This document shows, piece by piece, positions 18,580 through 31,700 of a stretch of 60,828 nt of DNA. The notes beneath the pieces were generated by a model. That model did no database searches. It was not told where the DNA came from and saw only the letters and a program-made list of their open reading frames with translations. The stretch comes from a virus (taxonomy: Duplodnaviria; Caudoviricetes): IMG/VR virus record IMGVR_UViG_3300035670_000220, positions 1 to 60,828 of that record; one strand, written 5' to 3'. Both the position numbers and the translations under genes were made by a program. Each line of letters begins with the position of its first letter. The stretch's first letter is position 1.

Positions 18580-18921
18580 TTGGCTATGAAAGACGTAAGG
18601 CTTGGTGAATCTCTTTGGAACGAATGGACTGGGGAAGGTTACGAGCCTCAGGGGTCTCCTGATTTAATCTATTACACCGTAGACCACGTTGATACAGATA
18701 ACGAAATTGTTCGCAGGGCTCTAGCTTCAACCCTCCAACGAGACGGTATTGCAGACTCGCTGTCCGATGGCTTCAAGATGATAGAAAAGGGAACTTACGA
18801 GTTCGGTTTTGCTGGGTATCTTGAAGGAGAAAGTGATTATACCGTTTGCGATGAGAGCGCCGAGACTCAGTACGGCGACTATGTAGACGAGCCTCTTCCG
18901 TTTACTTGGATAGAATTATAA
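18580..18921 (+). CDS. Acidic hypothetical protein
   Basis: Fills the gap on the coding strand; start may be ATG 18586. Confidence 0.65.
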   Translation: MAMKDVRLGESLWNEWTGEGYEPQGSPDLIYYTVDHVDTDNEIVRRALASTLQRDGIADSLSDGFKMIEKGTYEFGFAGYLEGESDYTVCDESAETQYGDYVDEPLPFTWIEL

Positions 18922-18973
18922 AAATATAGTCAAATGGTCGGCTAGTTTATAGTCGATAATGTAGTATTGAGTC

Positions 18974-19522
18974 GTGTGGAAACCAGCGGACAATCTCAAT
19001 TGGCAAGAGGGAGCGCTCTGTGCCAAACCGCAGAACAGAGAGTCAAGAGACTGGTTTTTCTCCAAAGACCCGCAAGACAGGTATAACGCAAAGAACCTAT
19101 GCTACGGATGTCCTGTAAGAGAGCAGTGTATCCAGTGGGCTCTTGAGCATCGTCAAATTTGGGGAATTTGGGGCGGCAAAGACGAAGTAGAAATTCGTCG
19201 TGCTCTATCTGTCTCATACAAAGGTGAAGAGACAAGAAGGCGTAGATATCCACACTGCCCTTACTGCAGCGCAAGGCCATCAAAACTAGAGACAAGCTCT
19301 CAGGAGATGTCTGGTGGCGGTCGATGGACTACAGCAAAGATTGTGACATGCACAGTGTGTGGGTTTTCTTGGCGCAGTCGAACCAGCGTAAACGCCGTGC
19401 TTGCTTATCAACTTGAGCGAGAGCAAAAGTCTGAGAAGAAGCAGAAAGAGCGTGAACGAAAGGCTCGAATTCGTGAGAGAGAAAAGGCTCGTGCGAAGGC
19501 TAAGACTAAGAAGTCTTCTTAA
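18974..19522 (+). CDS. whiB: WhiB-family transcription factor (copy 2) fused to a Zn-ribbon and basic tail
   Basis: WQEGALC...AKNLCYGCPVREQC...GIWGG, then CPYC...CTVC and a K/R/E-rich tail; TAGTAT-N6-GTG leaderless start. Confidence 0.9.
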   Translation: MWKPADNLNWQEGALCAKPQNRESRDWFFSKDPQDRYNAKNLCYGCPVREQCIQWALEHRQIWGIWGGKDEVEIRRALSVSYKGEETRRRRYPHCPYCSARPSKLETSSQEMSGGGRWTTAKIVTCTVCGFSWRSRTSVNAVLAYQLEREQKSEKKQKERERKARIREREKARAKAKTKKSS

Positions 19523-20576
19523 GCTCTGCTTCGCAGAACATTAAGTTGTTCTTTAGTCTCTCATTTTCTGGTTCAAACTCAAGAGCACCCCGTGCATGAG
19601 TGGCAGCTATTTCATAAAATCCGAGTCGATACGCTGAAATTGATGCGTAATCGTAAGGAGCAGCTCCCCATGACTCTGCTTCACAAAGGTACTCAAGAGG
19701 CTTCTCTTTAATTGCAAGAGCGTCGTTGGCTGCTTCAAAACACTTTTGCCAATCTTGACGTTCGTAGTAGAGCTTTGCTAAATCAACATATGGTTCACGA
19801 CGCCCAGGGGCTTGGTCAATTGCCTTTCGGAACCAAATTTCTGCTTCTGCTGGCAGGCTCTTACCAATAAAACGCATTGATGCAGCACGCTCTGGTGCCC
19901 AAGTAGCGGTTGGAAGTTCTAGGTGTCTCTTAAGTTCTTGAGCCGCCTCTATGTATCTTCCGTAGAAGTACAACTCTCTACCGTAATAGAAAGCATTTCG
20001 GTCGTTGTAGGGGTCCTCCTTGACAGACATTGCAAGAAGAGGGAGATACTGGGACCTACTCTTAGTCGGGTCTGGGTAGTGGTGAGTTTCTAGACCTTCA
20101 ATCCACTCTTGCTTCTCTTCAATGCCGTAGGAGTAGATGCACTCGTGTACTGGGTGACGCCAGCGAAAGCCTTTGCGCCCGTGGATGTGGTCATAACTGA
20201 ACTCAAGGCCATTTGACCCATCTTCGTTGTGGGACCAAACATGCTTATATCGAGGTCTGTTTACTCCCCTGTTTTCCCAAGCTTCTGTAAGTAACTCTTT
20301 CCAACCCGGTGTGATGACTTCATCCATGTCAAGGGATACGCACATGTCGATGTCGATAGGAAGTGCAGCGAGCGCCGCGTTGCGTGCGTCGTCAAATCTC
20401 CAAGGACTAACACGAACATCGACAACGTTGATGCCCAACTCACGAGCTTTTTCCACCGTTCCATCTGTAGACCCAGTGTCTGCAATAAGTAGGTAATCAG
20501 CATCCTTGGCTGACTCATACCACTTCTCAACGAACTGCAACTCGTTGAGCGCAATTGTGTAGACGGCTACCTTCAT
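19506..20576 (-). CDS. GT2-family glycosyltransferase with C-terminal TPR repeats
   Basis: VYTIALNE...DTGSTDGT...FDDARNAAL...LDMDE (DxD)...HPVHE, then TPR-like helices (FYYGRELY, KAIDQAPGRREPY). Confidence 0.88.
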   Translation of the reverse strand: MKVAVYTIALNELQFVEKWYESAKDADYLLIADTGSTDGTVEKARELGINVVDVRVSPWRFDDARNAALAALPIDIDMCVSLDMDEVITPGWKELLTEAWENRGVNRPRYKHVWSHNEDGSNGLEFSYDHIHGRKGFRWRHPVHECIYSYGIEEKQEWIEGLETHHYPDPTKSRSQYLPLLAMSVKEDPYNDRNAFYYGRELYFYGRYIEAAQELKRHLELPTATWAPERAASMRFIGKSLPAEAEIWFRKAIDQAPGRREPYVDLAKLYYERQDWQKCFEAANDALAIKEKPLEYLCEAESWGAAPYDYASISAYRLGFYEIAATHARGALEFEPENERLKNNLMFCEAELKKTS

Positions 20577-20592
20577 CTGTATCGCCCCGTCT

Positions 20593-20829
20593 TTAATCTT
20601 CTTCTGGTTCGTCTTTGTACAGCTCTACGGAACGGACAAATTCCACGACTCTCTTGCTTACATAGCCGCCTTCTTGGTCCAACTTCAGTCTCGCCAGTTC
20701 CTTAGTTGGAGCAATGACATGCACCACCATAGAAACATTAAACATGTAGTTGTTTGTTATAGAAGTGTCAATTGGCTCAAAAGACAACTGGTCTTCGTTT
20801 TCGTCAGGCTTTACTCTTTTGAAAGTCAT
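20593..20829 (-). CDS. Hypothetical protein
   Basis: 78 aa with SD GGGAG, in the minus-strand gene run. Confidence 0.65.
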   Translation of the reverse strand: MTFKRVKPDENEDQLSFEPIDTSITNNYMFNVSMVVHVIAPTKELARLKLDQEGGYVSKRVVEFVRSVELYKDEPEED

Positions 20830-20864
20830 TGCGTTCTCCCTAAGTTCTCTAAGATGTTTGTATC

Positions 20865-21440
20865 TTACCGTATTTTCCTAAACCAGCGTTGATACCCGCT
20901 TAAAACTTCTTCTAACCTATCTGCGTAGATAGAAGCAAAAGAGTCAATGGCTAGTCTAGGTTCTTTTATAGCTCCAAGTCCAGCAGACCACTGGTAATCA
21001 TCGAAAGCTATAATTCCACCGATAGAAAGACACTCATACGCCGATACAGCGTCTTTTATAACTCCGTAGGCTGTGTGGTCTCCGTCAATGTATATAAAAC
21101 TATACGTCTCTCTGTTGTTTTTAAAAAACTCATCGCTTGTTGACTTGTACTTAATGATTTTTCTGTTCAACCTTGCGGCATGAGTTTTTGCGTCATACAC
21201 GGACTCTACGGTATGCCAATTCATTTGATAGTGAACTGGCTCCTCAGAACCCTCCCAAGTGTCAACATCAATTAAAACGGAATCTGGGTTAGACATAATA
21301 TTGTCTACCATCCACACTGAGGCATCCCCCGTATACGCTCCAATTTGAAGAAGTCTTAAAGGAGTTCCGTCTAAAACTTTGAGATGGTTCTGAAAATTAT
21401 TTAGACCATCTGTTTGGAACCAGTTGGGGTGGTTGTCCAT
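20865..21440 (-). CDS. Class I SAM-dependent methyltransferase (Methyltransf_24-like)
   Basis: LQIGAYTG, DVDTW, FIYIDGDH, GGIIAFDDY motifs. Confidence 0.85.
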   Translation of the reverse strand: MDNHPNWFQTDGLNNFQNHLKVLDGTPLRLLQIGAYTGDASVWMVDNIMSNPDSVLIDVDTWEGSEEPVHYQMNWHTVESVYDAKTHAARLNRKIIKYKSTSDEFFKNNRETYSFIYIDGDHTAYGVIKDAVSAYECLSIGGIIAFDDYQWSAGLGAIKEPRLAIDSFASIYADRLEEVLSGYQRWFRKIR

Positions 21441-21488
21441 TTGTCACCTTTTTCGTCATGTGTATTGTCTCTAATCTATCACGAAAGG

Positions 21489-23059
21489 CTAAGAAGATGT
21501 TATGGAATAATACTTCTGGCCTTTTAGAGGGAAATATGCCATTCGATTACCCCCGCCTAAAATACTGGCTGTGTTTGTGTAATCATTATCGAGCTCGGTT
21601 GTATAAAGAACGCTTTGAGATTTGTTGACTATCCAATTTTTGATTTGAGCAGGGGACCAATCTGGGTGCACCTGCTTCAATAAAGCCGCTATCCCAGCAA
21701 CTTGGGGGCATGACATAGAAGTTCCACTAAGTTTTTGTTGTTTGTAGCTCGCGTTTGCGTAGTAACTGATGTTTGAGTTATCTATATTTATGTCGCTCAT
21801 GGAGCTTATGATTCGACTCCCTGCTGCGTAGATATCTACGTTTGGACCTTTAACGCTGTAGTTTGCAGCTGTCTCAAGCGAGGATATTGTTCCAGTAGAA
21901 ACCGCTCCAACCTGAATAGCGTCTGCGGTTCCTTTATGTGGGGATGCGCCTCTGTGGTAGTAGTAATTCCCAAAACCAACTAGAGTCACATAGTTGTTGT
22001 AGTCATCTCCAGAGGGAATGTCATCTTTTGTGAAGGTGTTCCCTGCGGAATTACAAACAATAACTCCAGCTGAAACAAGCTGCGATATGTCAGCATCAAC
22101 TGCAGAAACTCTAAAAGGAAACCAGAACAAATCTGTAGAAAACTGAGCTCCAGTGTGACCTTTTGCAGAAGGGTCTTTAGAGTTACCTGACCAAGCGGTC
22201 CCTCTATACGAGCCACCGTTAATTGCGTATGTTGTCCCGCCCGTGTCGGAGAAAGACATAACGTTTGTGTCGGTTCTCCAATAAATACCGTAACCCCAGC
22301 TGTTGTTGAGGATAGTAGGTCTACTACCGTTCTTCGAGTTATGCCAGCCAAGTATTACGTCAAAAGCATCAGACACAGACATACCAGAGTTCGGGTCTCC
22401 TGGTCCCTGTAGTCCATCTAGCTTTATTGAATAAATGCGTGCGTTCTTTGCCCAGCCAAAAGTTTTACCAGCTATGGTTCCTGCCACATGGGTCCCATGA
22501 CCGTCGTAGTCAGAGTAGAAACCGCTTGGCATAGTCCCAGAGACACCGCTAGCTGCATACCAATCTATTTGTTGAACTCTGCTGCTTCCAAATGCGTCTT
22601 GAAACTCTGGATGGTCTGGCTGGATTCCACTGTCGATTATTACGATATCGACACCAGTTCCATCTAAAACGTAGTCGTAAGTTCCACCTGGGTCTGAAGT
22701 GGAAGTACCAAACACATTAGTCAAATTTATGTGTCTTAGTAATCCCCAGTTGTCTACAGAACCAGTTTCAGTCGTAGTCTTATTAAAATTTCCATCTTGG
22801 AAAGCAAACTTAGAAGGCTTAAGTATGTCTAAATTGAATACATCCTCAACCCTAGGGTCTTCTTTAAGAGCCTGTGCTTCCTCATCTGTTAGATAGTAAA
22901 CAGTATTATTTGCGTTTTCTGGTCGCTCATTAGCGACTTCTACTTCACGCTCTGGGATTGTCTCACTGGGGGAGCCGAGAGTGGTTAGGTCATCCCAGAC
23001 AGCATTTGTATTTTCTAAATCAGAGGAAGTTACTGTGTAAGGTTTTAACTCGTCACTCA

Positions 23060-23060
<1 letters not shown>
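21489..23060 (-). CDS. Subtilisin-like S8 serine protease
   Basis: Catalytic triad motifs [12 protein letters not shown] and GTSMSCP; oxyanion SAGN; N-terminal prodomain-like segment. Confidence 0.92.
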
Positions 23061-24604
<1,544 letters not shown>

Positions 24605-24623
24605 TTATCTACTCCATCCAATC

Positions 24624-25736
24624 CTAAATTGCGCTCAGAGATTTGTGGGTGATTGTCCCAGTCATAACTGAGTGTACAGAACAAATATACCTGTAGCCAT
24701 TAGATGCAGCTGTGACTGGAACATTCCAGTACAAAGTGCCTGAAGTTTTAGCTTGAGCGTCAGCATCCAGACTTATAGTTCCGTCTGTGCCAACATGAAC
24801 AAGACCAGAAACTATATTTGTAAATCCGCTGCCAGTGTCTTCCTGTATCTGAAAAGGATGAGACCCCAGTCCCACGAGATTAAAAGCAATGGTTGCCCCA
24901 CCGAGTGCAAAAATAGTTGGGTTATCCCCTGAGTAGTGACTATCGAATAAATAAGCAGAAGTCCCATTAGGAGTGACGGTGAGACGAGCTATTGCAGAAT
25001 AAGCCACTTCGTCAATAGTGAGAGATGCTGCTGTCGCATCTGTTGTTCCGCTAAATGTTCCCGATGCTCCAGTTGGGCCAGTAGGGCCTTCAGCTCCTGT
25101 CGCTCCCGCTGGACCAGTGGGACCAGTTGGGCCCTCTGGGCCAGTAGGGCCTCCAGAAGGACCTGTGGGGCCGATTTCTCCTTGAGGGCCTGTAGGTCCA
25201 GTTGCCCCTGAGCCAGCGCCAGTACCAACCTCTTGCCACTCTGTAGGAGTTTTTACTTCTAAAGTATCAGTCTCGGTGTTGTATCTGACATAGCCAGCTG
25301 AAACCCCTGTCGGTCTACCAGCAGTGTTACCTTTATCAAGGTAAATAGTGTTGAACTCGCCCAAAATAGTTTTATTGGTTAAGGTTTGGGAGATGTTCTC
25401 AGGGAGACCAGCATCTGATTGAACAATACCTATACAACTAAAAGAGACAGTTGAAACTGTAGATTTCACATACAGGGTGTCTCCTGCGTTTACTGCAAAT
25501 CTAAATGTTTCAAAGGATTGACCAACACCGATGTTAACGTTGAATGCAATGTAGGCATACTGGGCAGCAATAGCAGCGTTCGCTGGTTGAACCCAGATAG
25601 TCACTTTAGTTAGTGGAGTTGCTGTAGCTGATTTGCTAGCTGCAATTACCGAAACCAAATGAGGCTGACTAAAAGTTGCTAACGGAGTGTCAATGTTAGC
25701 GGCTGGGTTTGAGATACCGAGTCTGGTAATGGGCAT
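24624..25736 (-). CDS. Collagen-like fibre protein with C-terminal cupredoxin-like domain
   Basis: Paralogous N-terminus (MPITRLG...[10 protein letters not shown]), short GPT run, C-terminal SHPF...YICSVHSVM. Confidence 0.8.
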   Translation of the reverse strand: MPITRLGISNPAANIDTPLATFSQPHLVSVIAASKSATATPLTKVTIWVQPANAAIAAQYAYIAFNVNIGVGQSFETFRFAVNAGDTLYVKSTVSTVSFSCIGIVQSDAGLPENISQTLTNKTILGEFNTIYLDKGNTAGRPTGVSAGYVRYNTETDTLEVKTPTEWQEVGTGAGSGATGPTGPQGEIGPTGPSGGPTGPEGPTGPTGPAGATGAEGPTGPTGASGTFSGTTDATAASLTIDEVAYSAIARLTVTPNGTSAYLFDSHYSGDNPTIFALGGATIAFNLVGLGSHPFQIQEDTGSGFTNIVSGLVHVGTDGTISLDADAQAKTSGTLYWNVPVTAASNGYRYICSVHSVMTGTITHKSLSAI

Positions 25737-25745
25737 TCTCGACTC

Positions 25746-28700
25746 CTACGCCTGAGCTTCAGACCATGACAGCTTAGCTGATGTTCTTGTTGTATTTCCA
25801 GTCAACCTAGCTACAGCAATTGTAATAATGTCAGGACCGTCTGGGAAGATGGAGCCTCCACCTAAGATTGAGTTAGAAAGCTCGAAAAGGCTTCCAACGT
25901 CTACTGTGGTTTCAATGTTTCCACCAGCAGCACGGAAGTTGTAAACCTGAACTCCACCAGACACTGTGTCTTGAGCGGTGTGCTCGACAATCTGGGTCAA
26001 GGAAGGTGAATCTACACCAACGAAGTTTAGGTTATTAAGACGCGGGTTCAGAAGCATCTTCACATCTACCAGTTCGTTACTGGAGATACCAACCTCTTTC
26101 AGTCTCAGCTGCATTCGGTTGATTACATCTCTATCGCCCAAACCACCAGTCAAACCTTCAGAAACTGATGGACTCAAGCGGAGCGAAATCAGTGGCTGAT
26201 AGTTAGGACCAGAGGTGTTGTTCAGCGAACCATTTGGGTATAAGAAGTAGGTGTACTGAATGTTTCCTTGGTTGGTGAAGTTGATAATTTCACCGATAGC
26301 CGCATTTGGAATTGGGGTAGATGCAACCGTAGCCGAACCAGTTACCGTAAAGGTAAAAGTTGTCGTGGATGTCACGGTTACTGAACCTACATAGTAACTA
26401 GGAAGGTTGGGAATAGCAGCTCCCGCAGCAGTCTCAATAAAGTAGAGACCGATGAAGTTGCTTGCTGGGATTCCGTGTGGAGTAGCAGTTGTAACGGTTA
26501 CAGTGCTTCCAGTTCTAGCAATTGTTGCACCAACAGTGATAACAGCATTTTCTGGGCTTAAATGAATCAAGTTAGGTGAGTTCACAAAGGCTTTGTACTT
26601 AGCACCATTTGTCAAGTTTGCAAACGTGTTAGAGCCCACCACCTGAGTTGCAGGGTTTTGGCTGTTTGGACCAGGGAACCCGTCGGCAGCAATTGACTGG
26701 AACTGAAGGACATCGCCTGAGCGGAATCCGTGTTCTAGCACCGTGAACAGGTCTGTATTTAGGTCAATACCAGCAGACGAGAACGACTTCGGAGTTGTTC
26801 CAGCGACGTTTAGAGTCTGGCTGCCAGCAGTGAAGAGGTAAGCGTTGTCGTCATCAAAACGACCATCCATCATTACCGAAGTACCCCAGTGGAAGAGGAA
26901 CGGAATGTAGGTTGGGTTTTCGAAGGTAGTTACTTCATATCTTGCTGGGAGGTTACCAGAGCGGAAGTAGGACTCAAAGAGGCTGTTGTTGTGAACAAAC
27001 TCGTGAGCGTATTGAACCTGACCGTCTGAAGTCTTGAAACCAAAACGAATCTTTCCAGCGCCGTACCATGAGTAATCCATGTAAATCATCTGGATGCGGC
27101 TTAGGTCAAGGTTGTAGCCAGTTACACCAGTGCCATCCAGAGGGTCAATAGAGAAGTCCTCTTGAGGAACCCTTGTGTCAACTGTCTTGGTTACAATAAT
27201 TCCAGACTTAGCTGGTGTAAACGAGTGAATGTTTGTTGTACCAACGCTGCTTAGGTTTACTGGAGTTTCTGCGTCTGGGCTACCCTTAAGTTTGAAAGCA
27301 TTGTTGTCAGTGCCTTCAGATGTAAGGTCTACATAATAAGTACGACCGTTGATAAGACCACCAATTGGCTCACCGTCAATCGAGTTATAGATTACTGGCA
27401 AAAGATTGCTGAATCCGTGACCAACAATCTCAAACATGTCGTTTGCTATATCCACAACTTCAGATGGGTCAAACTCTTTCTCTGGACCAGAGGAACCTTT
27501 ATACTCTGGTCGAACAGCCATACGAGTGTCACTATCAATTTCAACAATTCTGTAGGACTGACCGCGCATAACGATGTAGTCACCTACGTCAAACTGAGCT
27601 TGGAAGTTTGTTCCCGTACCGAAAATAAGTTCGGAACCTTGAAGAGCAGCTACAGTTCCAGCAGCCTGCTGGGTTGAAGAACGACGGACTGCGTAGAGTT
27701 TCTGACCGTCAAACTCGAAGAACATACCGTTCTGGAAGTCGAACATACCAGAGCGAACAGCACCGTTTTGCCAAGACATAACGTAGAACTGTGGGAATCC
27801 ATAAGCTTTAGGCTCAACAATTTCACCGTTTGCTGGGACTGTAAATGTTGTCAAGTCAATGACAGTTACTTGGAACTCTCCATTGTAGACAGAGCTTGGG
27901 TCTCCATAAGAGTCCTTTGCTTCACTCACTTCAATAGTCAGACCAGAAATTAGGCCATGTGGTCGTCTTGTCTTGACTTGAATTGTGGAGCTGCTTCCAA
28001 TTCGAGTCATGCTCTCAATGTCAATTGAAGGCTTGAAGTTGATACCAGCAGATGTCTGAATACCCTTACCTGACTGATAACGGAAGTACTTACGAGTCTG
28101 TCGAACAATCTGCGCGAAAGACGTTCCAGCTCCAGCAGACATCTCCACACCACCATCGAATGGACGGTGTAGTGAATAGCCCTCTGGTCGAACATAGATA
28201 AATGTTGGGTAGGAGTATGAAACAGCGTTGTAAGCAGTAGCGTAAGGACGGTCCACGGAAATCTGAGTGTCAGAACCAATAGCCGTAATACGACGAACGA
28301 TAGGACCTGATGGAGTTGTTCTGGTGAAAGTGAAGAATCCAGATTCACCAACAGTTCCTGTTGTAGAAATGTCTACAGTGTTTGAATCTGACTCAGCATC
28401 AGCCCTAGATGGGTGAAGTGTGTAAGAGTTTGCATCTACTGCTCGAACAAAGTAGTAATACTGGTCGATAAGGGGTGAAGGTGCTACTCCGCCTCCAGTA
28501 GAGAAAGTAACAGTGTCTCCAGTCGTAAACCCATGGTCAGCAATCACGATTCTGTTGTTTACAGTGTTGATATTGCCGGGAGTGAATGAGTTGACTAATG
28601 TTATGTTTGGTGGGAAAAGACGGAATCGGTCACCAACCTTCAAAATTTTGGAGAATGATGTACCAGTACCGTTTACAAGAACAGAACCAGCCTCAATAGT

Positions 28701-31700
28701 TACAGAACCAGAACCCGTGATATTTCCGTTGATTTGGTTTGTAATAAATTTGTGCGCGACTCCTGTACCGTAGTCATCAACTTCAAGAGTAACACCTGCA
28801 ACAGCATTTTCTGGCGTTGTAGCCAGCTTGATGTAGTCTCGGTTGATGGTTACCACATAGTAATGCTCTAAATCTGTTAGCCCAGTGATGACTGTTGCAG
28901 AGTCACCCTTGTCGTATTCAATTTCCGTACCAGTCAAGAAACCGTGCGACGGAATGTAGAAAGCGTTTAGGTTAAGGTCGATAGAAGTTCTAGGGTTGAA
29001 CGTTTTTGTGATTGTAGGAACACGACCAGCCGCACGAGCAGTAAAGCTTGTTGGCGATGGAACAGTAGCAATTGAGTAAATACCATCAGGGGTCTTGCTC
29101 AATGACTGGAGTGAGTGGACCCCAACACCAGCTGGGCTGGCTGTAAGGTCAACTGCAATTCCTGCATCAGCATCTTCAGGAGTCAAAGCAAGCTTGATAA
29201 GGTCTCCACTTACGAAGATAACGTAGTAAGGAGTTGCTGTTGTCAAACCACTGACTGGTGTCTGACCCTTTGCATCGTAAAGAACGAGTTCTTTTTGTAG
29301 GAACCCGTGGTTAGGTACAGTAATTGTGTTGTTGTCGTAATCAAGTGACACGATGAACAAGGATTGAGTTCCAGTACCTACTCCAGTGATGTTTGCAAAA
29401 CTGTTTAGGGCTGGAGTCAATGCAAGTCTTACAATGCTGGCGTTTTCCCTAAAGATGTAGTAAATGTTGTCATTTACTAGACCTGGAATGGTTGTTCCAC
29501 CACCGTTGTTGTATCTAACAGCCTGACCAGAGACCAGACCGTGGTTAGGAATAAAGAGACTGTCCTCAAGTTCGTTTACTGTAATGAAGATGAAGCTATG
29601 GCTAGTTCCTTCTCCTGGAGCAGTAAAGTTGATGTTGGTTGGGGCATCCAAAGCAACCTTTAGCTTGATTTGGTTAGCGTTCAGAACCTCAGACACATAG
29701 TAAGTAGTTAAATGTTGTAGAGGCGCGATAGAGCCGACATTAATACCAGCATCATTTCCGCTTCCGTTGTCATATCTAATAGGCTGGTCAACTGTAAATC
29801 CATGCGCTGTAATGGTGAGAGTATCAGTCACCGTGTTAACTACAACGCGGGAAAGAATGTCTGATTGGTCTGTTGAACGACCTGATGGAACTGTCAAGTT
29901 GACAGTTGAATATGTATCAGGAAGAGTTAGAGCCTGAAGCCTGTAAGTAAAGTTGTCTACCTTGTCTACATAGAGAATGTCGGTATTTGAAATACCAACT
30001 GGAGTAGCAGAATAGAACGTAGGTATTACAGCTTGGTTATCCACCAGACCATGCGGAGCTGCGCTGTAAATCAAATCATTATCAACATCGAAGTTAATAG
30101 GTACAAATGCGTGGTATGAATTTCCAGCAGCGCTTATAGAAATTCTGTTTGTTCCAGCATCAGCATCTGCTGCCGTTGGGTAAACCTCATTACCAGTTGT
30201 GAAGGATGATACCAAGGTCAAAACAACAGAGCCTTCGCCTGTGTTGTAGCTGCTTAGGTTAGTGATTGGGTTGCCATTAAATGTTGGTGCGCCATCGTAG
30301 TCACCTGTTGAAGTAGCAACATCTATTGCAGTAGTAGTGATATACGAACCACCACCACCACCAGACTCATTTGTTGCAGTGCTCTTAGCACCACCACCAC
30401 CTGAGTAGCCACCGCCACCACCAGACTGACCAGTGTTGGTTCCGTCAGAAGAACCACCACCACCAAAACCACCTTCTCCACCGATACGCGAACCGTTGGA
30501 GTTAGCAGTTAGTCCGTCTAAGAACGAACCGCCACCTTGCTCACCGAAAATCGAGTTTTCACCTCTTGAGAAGAAACCACCACCACCAGCAGACCTACCT
30601 CTGGTGTTTCCAATGTTTGCACGACCACCAAAACCAGGAGTCGTAGCGTTAGCTAGTGTGCCGTTTGTAGAAACTCCACCCAGCTGAGTTAGAACTGCAT
30701 CTTGACCAGAGAAAGCGTTAGGCTCTCCAGCACCACCACCAGCAACAAACAGAGGCTCATTACCAGTTTTACGAACAACAAATGTTCCACCACCAGAGCC
30801 ACCCCAAACGGTTCCGCTGTCTGGAGCAGAGCCTCGCTGGCCTACTGCAATAGTGATGATTTCGCCCTTTGTAAGAGAAACCTTTCCTCTTACAATTGCT
30901 CCTCGTCCAACGTTTGAGCTTGCGGTTACTGTACCGCTAGAAGAAGCCAAACCGATGTTTCCACTTGTTCTACTGTAAGTAAATTCAGTTGAGTTAATGA
31001 CTTCTAGAACTGTATATGTTCCGTTGTAAGTTCCGTTTGAAGCACTTGAAATTGTAAATGTTCTTCCGACAGCTAGCCCGTGAGCGGCTGTTGTTCTAAT
31101 TCTTGCTACGTTTGATGTAAGAGAAGTCTGATTAATTGTGCGGGTGTAGGAGCCAGTTCCTTCATAACCTGCAGCACCTCTAGCTTCAAACTGGTACAAA
31201 CCAGACACGGGAACTACCCAGTCTTGGTAGCCCTGAAAATCTCCCTGTTGGATGTACTGACCATGCCAGCTAGTTGAGTAGCCAGTCAAAATTTGTGCAG
31301 CAGTAGGTCCAACTCGACCAGTTTGACCGCAAGTTGTGAAAGTGTGGGTATTGCCTTGAATTGTGTAAAGAGACTGAACACCACTGAATGTGGCTTCTAC
31401 GTTCTTTAAAAAGTAAGTATTTCCACTTGTAAGACCTGTCATAGGGTCACCAGCGGTGTAGTACTTAACAGCTTGGTTAGTGGGGGTAGAGCTTCCAATG
31501 TTCAAAACTGATTCAGATAGAACAGGAGTGTTAAAAGTTACTCCACCCTCTGTTGAACCAGTAATGTCGATTTCGACATCTGAAGAATCTGTAAAAGATA
31601 GAACCCTTGGAGAAAGTCTTTGAGCGAATACCAAAGAACCATCTGGAAGACCAGCAACTTCTCCAACACCATCTGAATAGATGTAACTTGTGCCAGTTGT

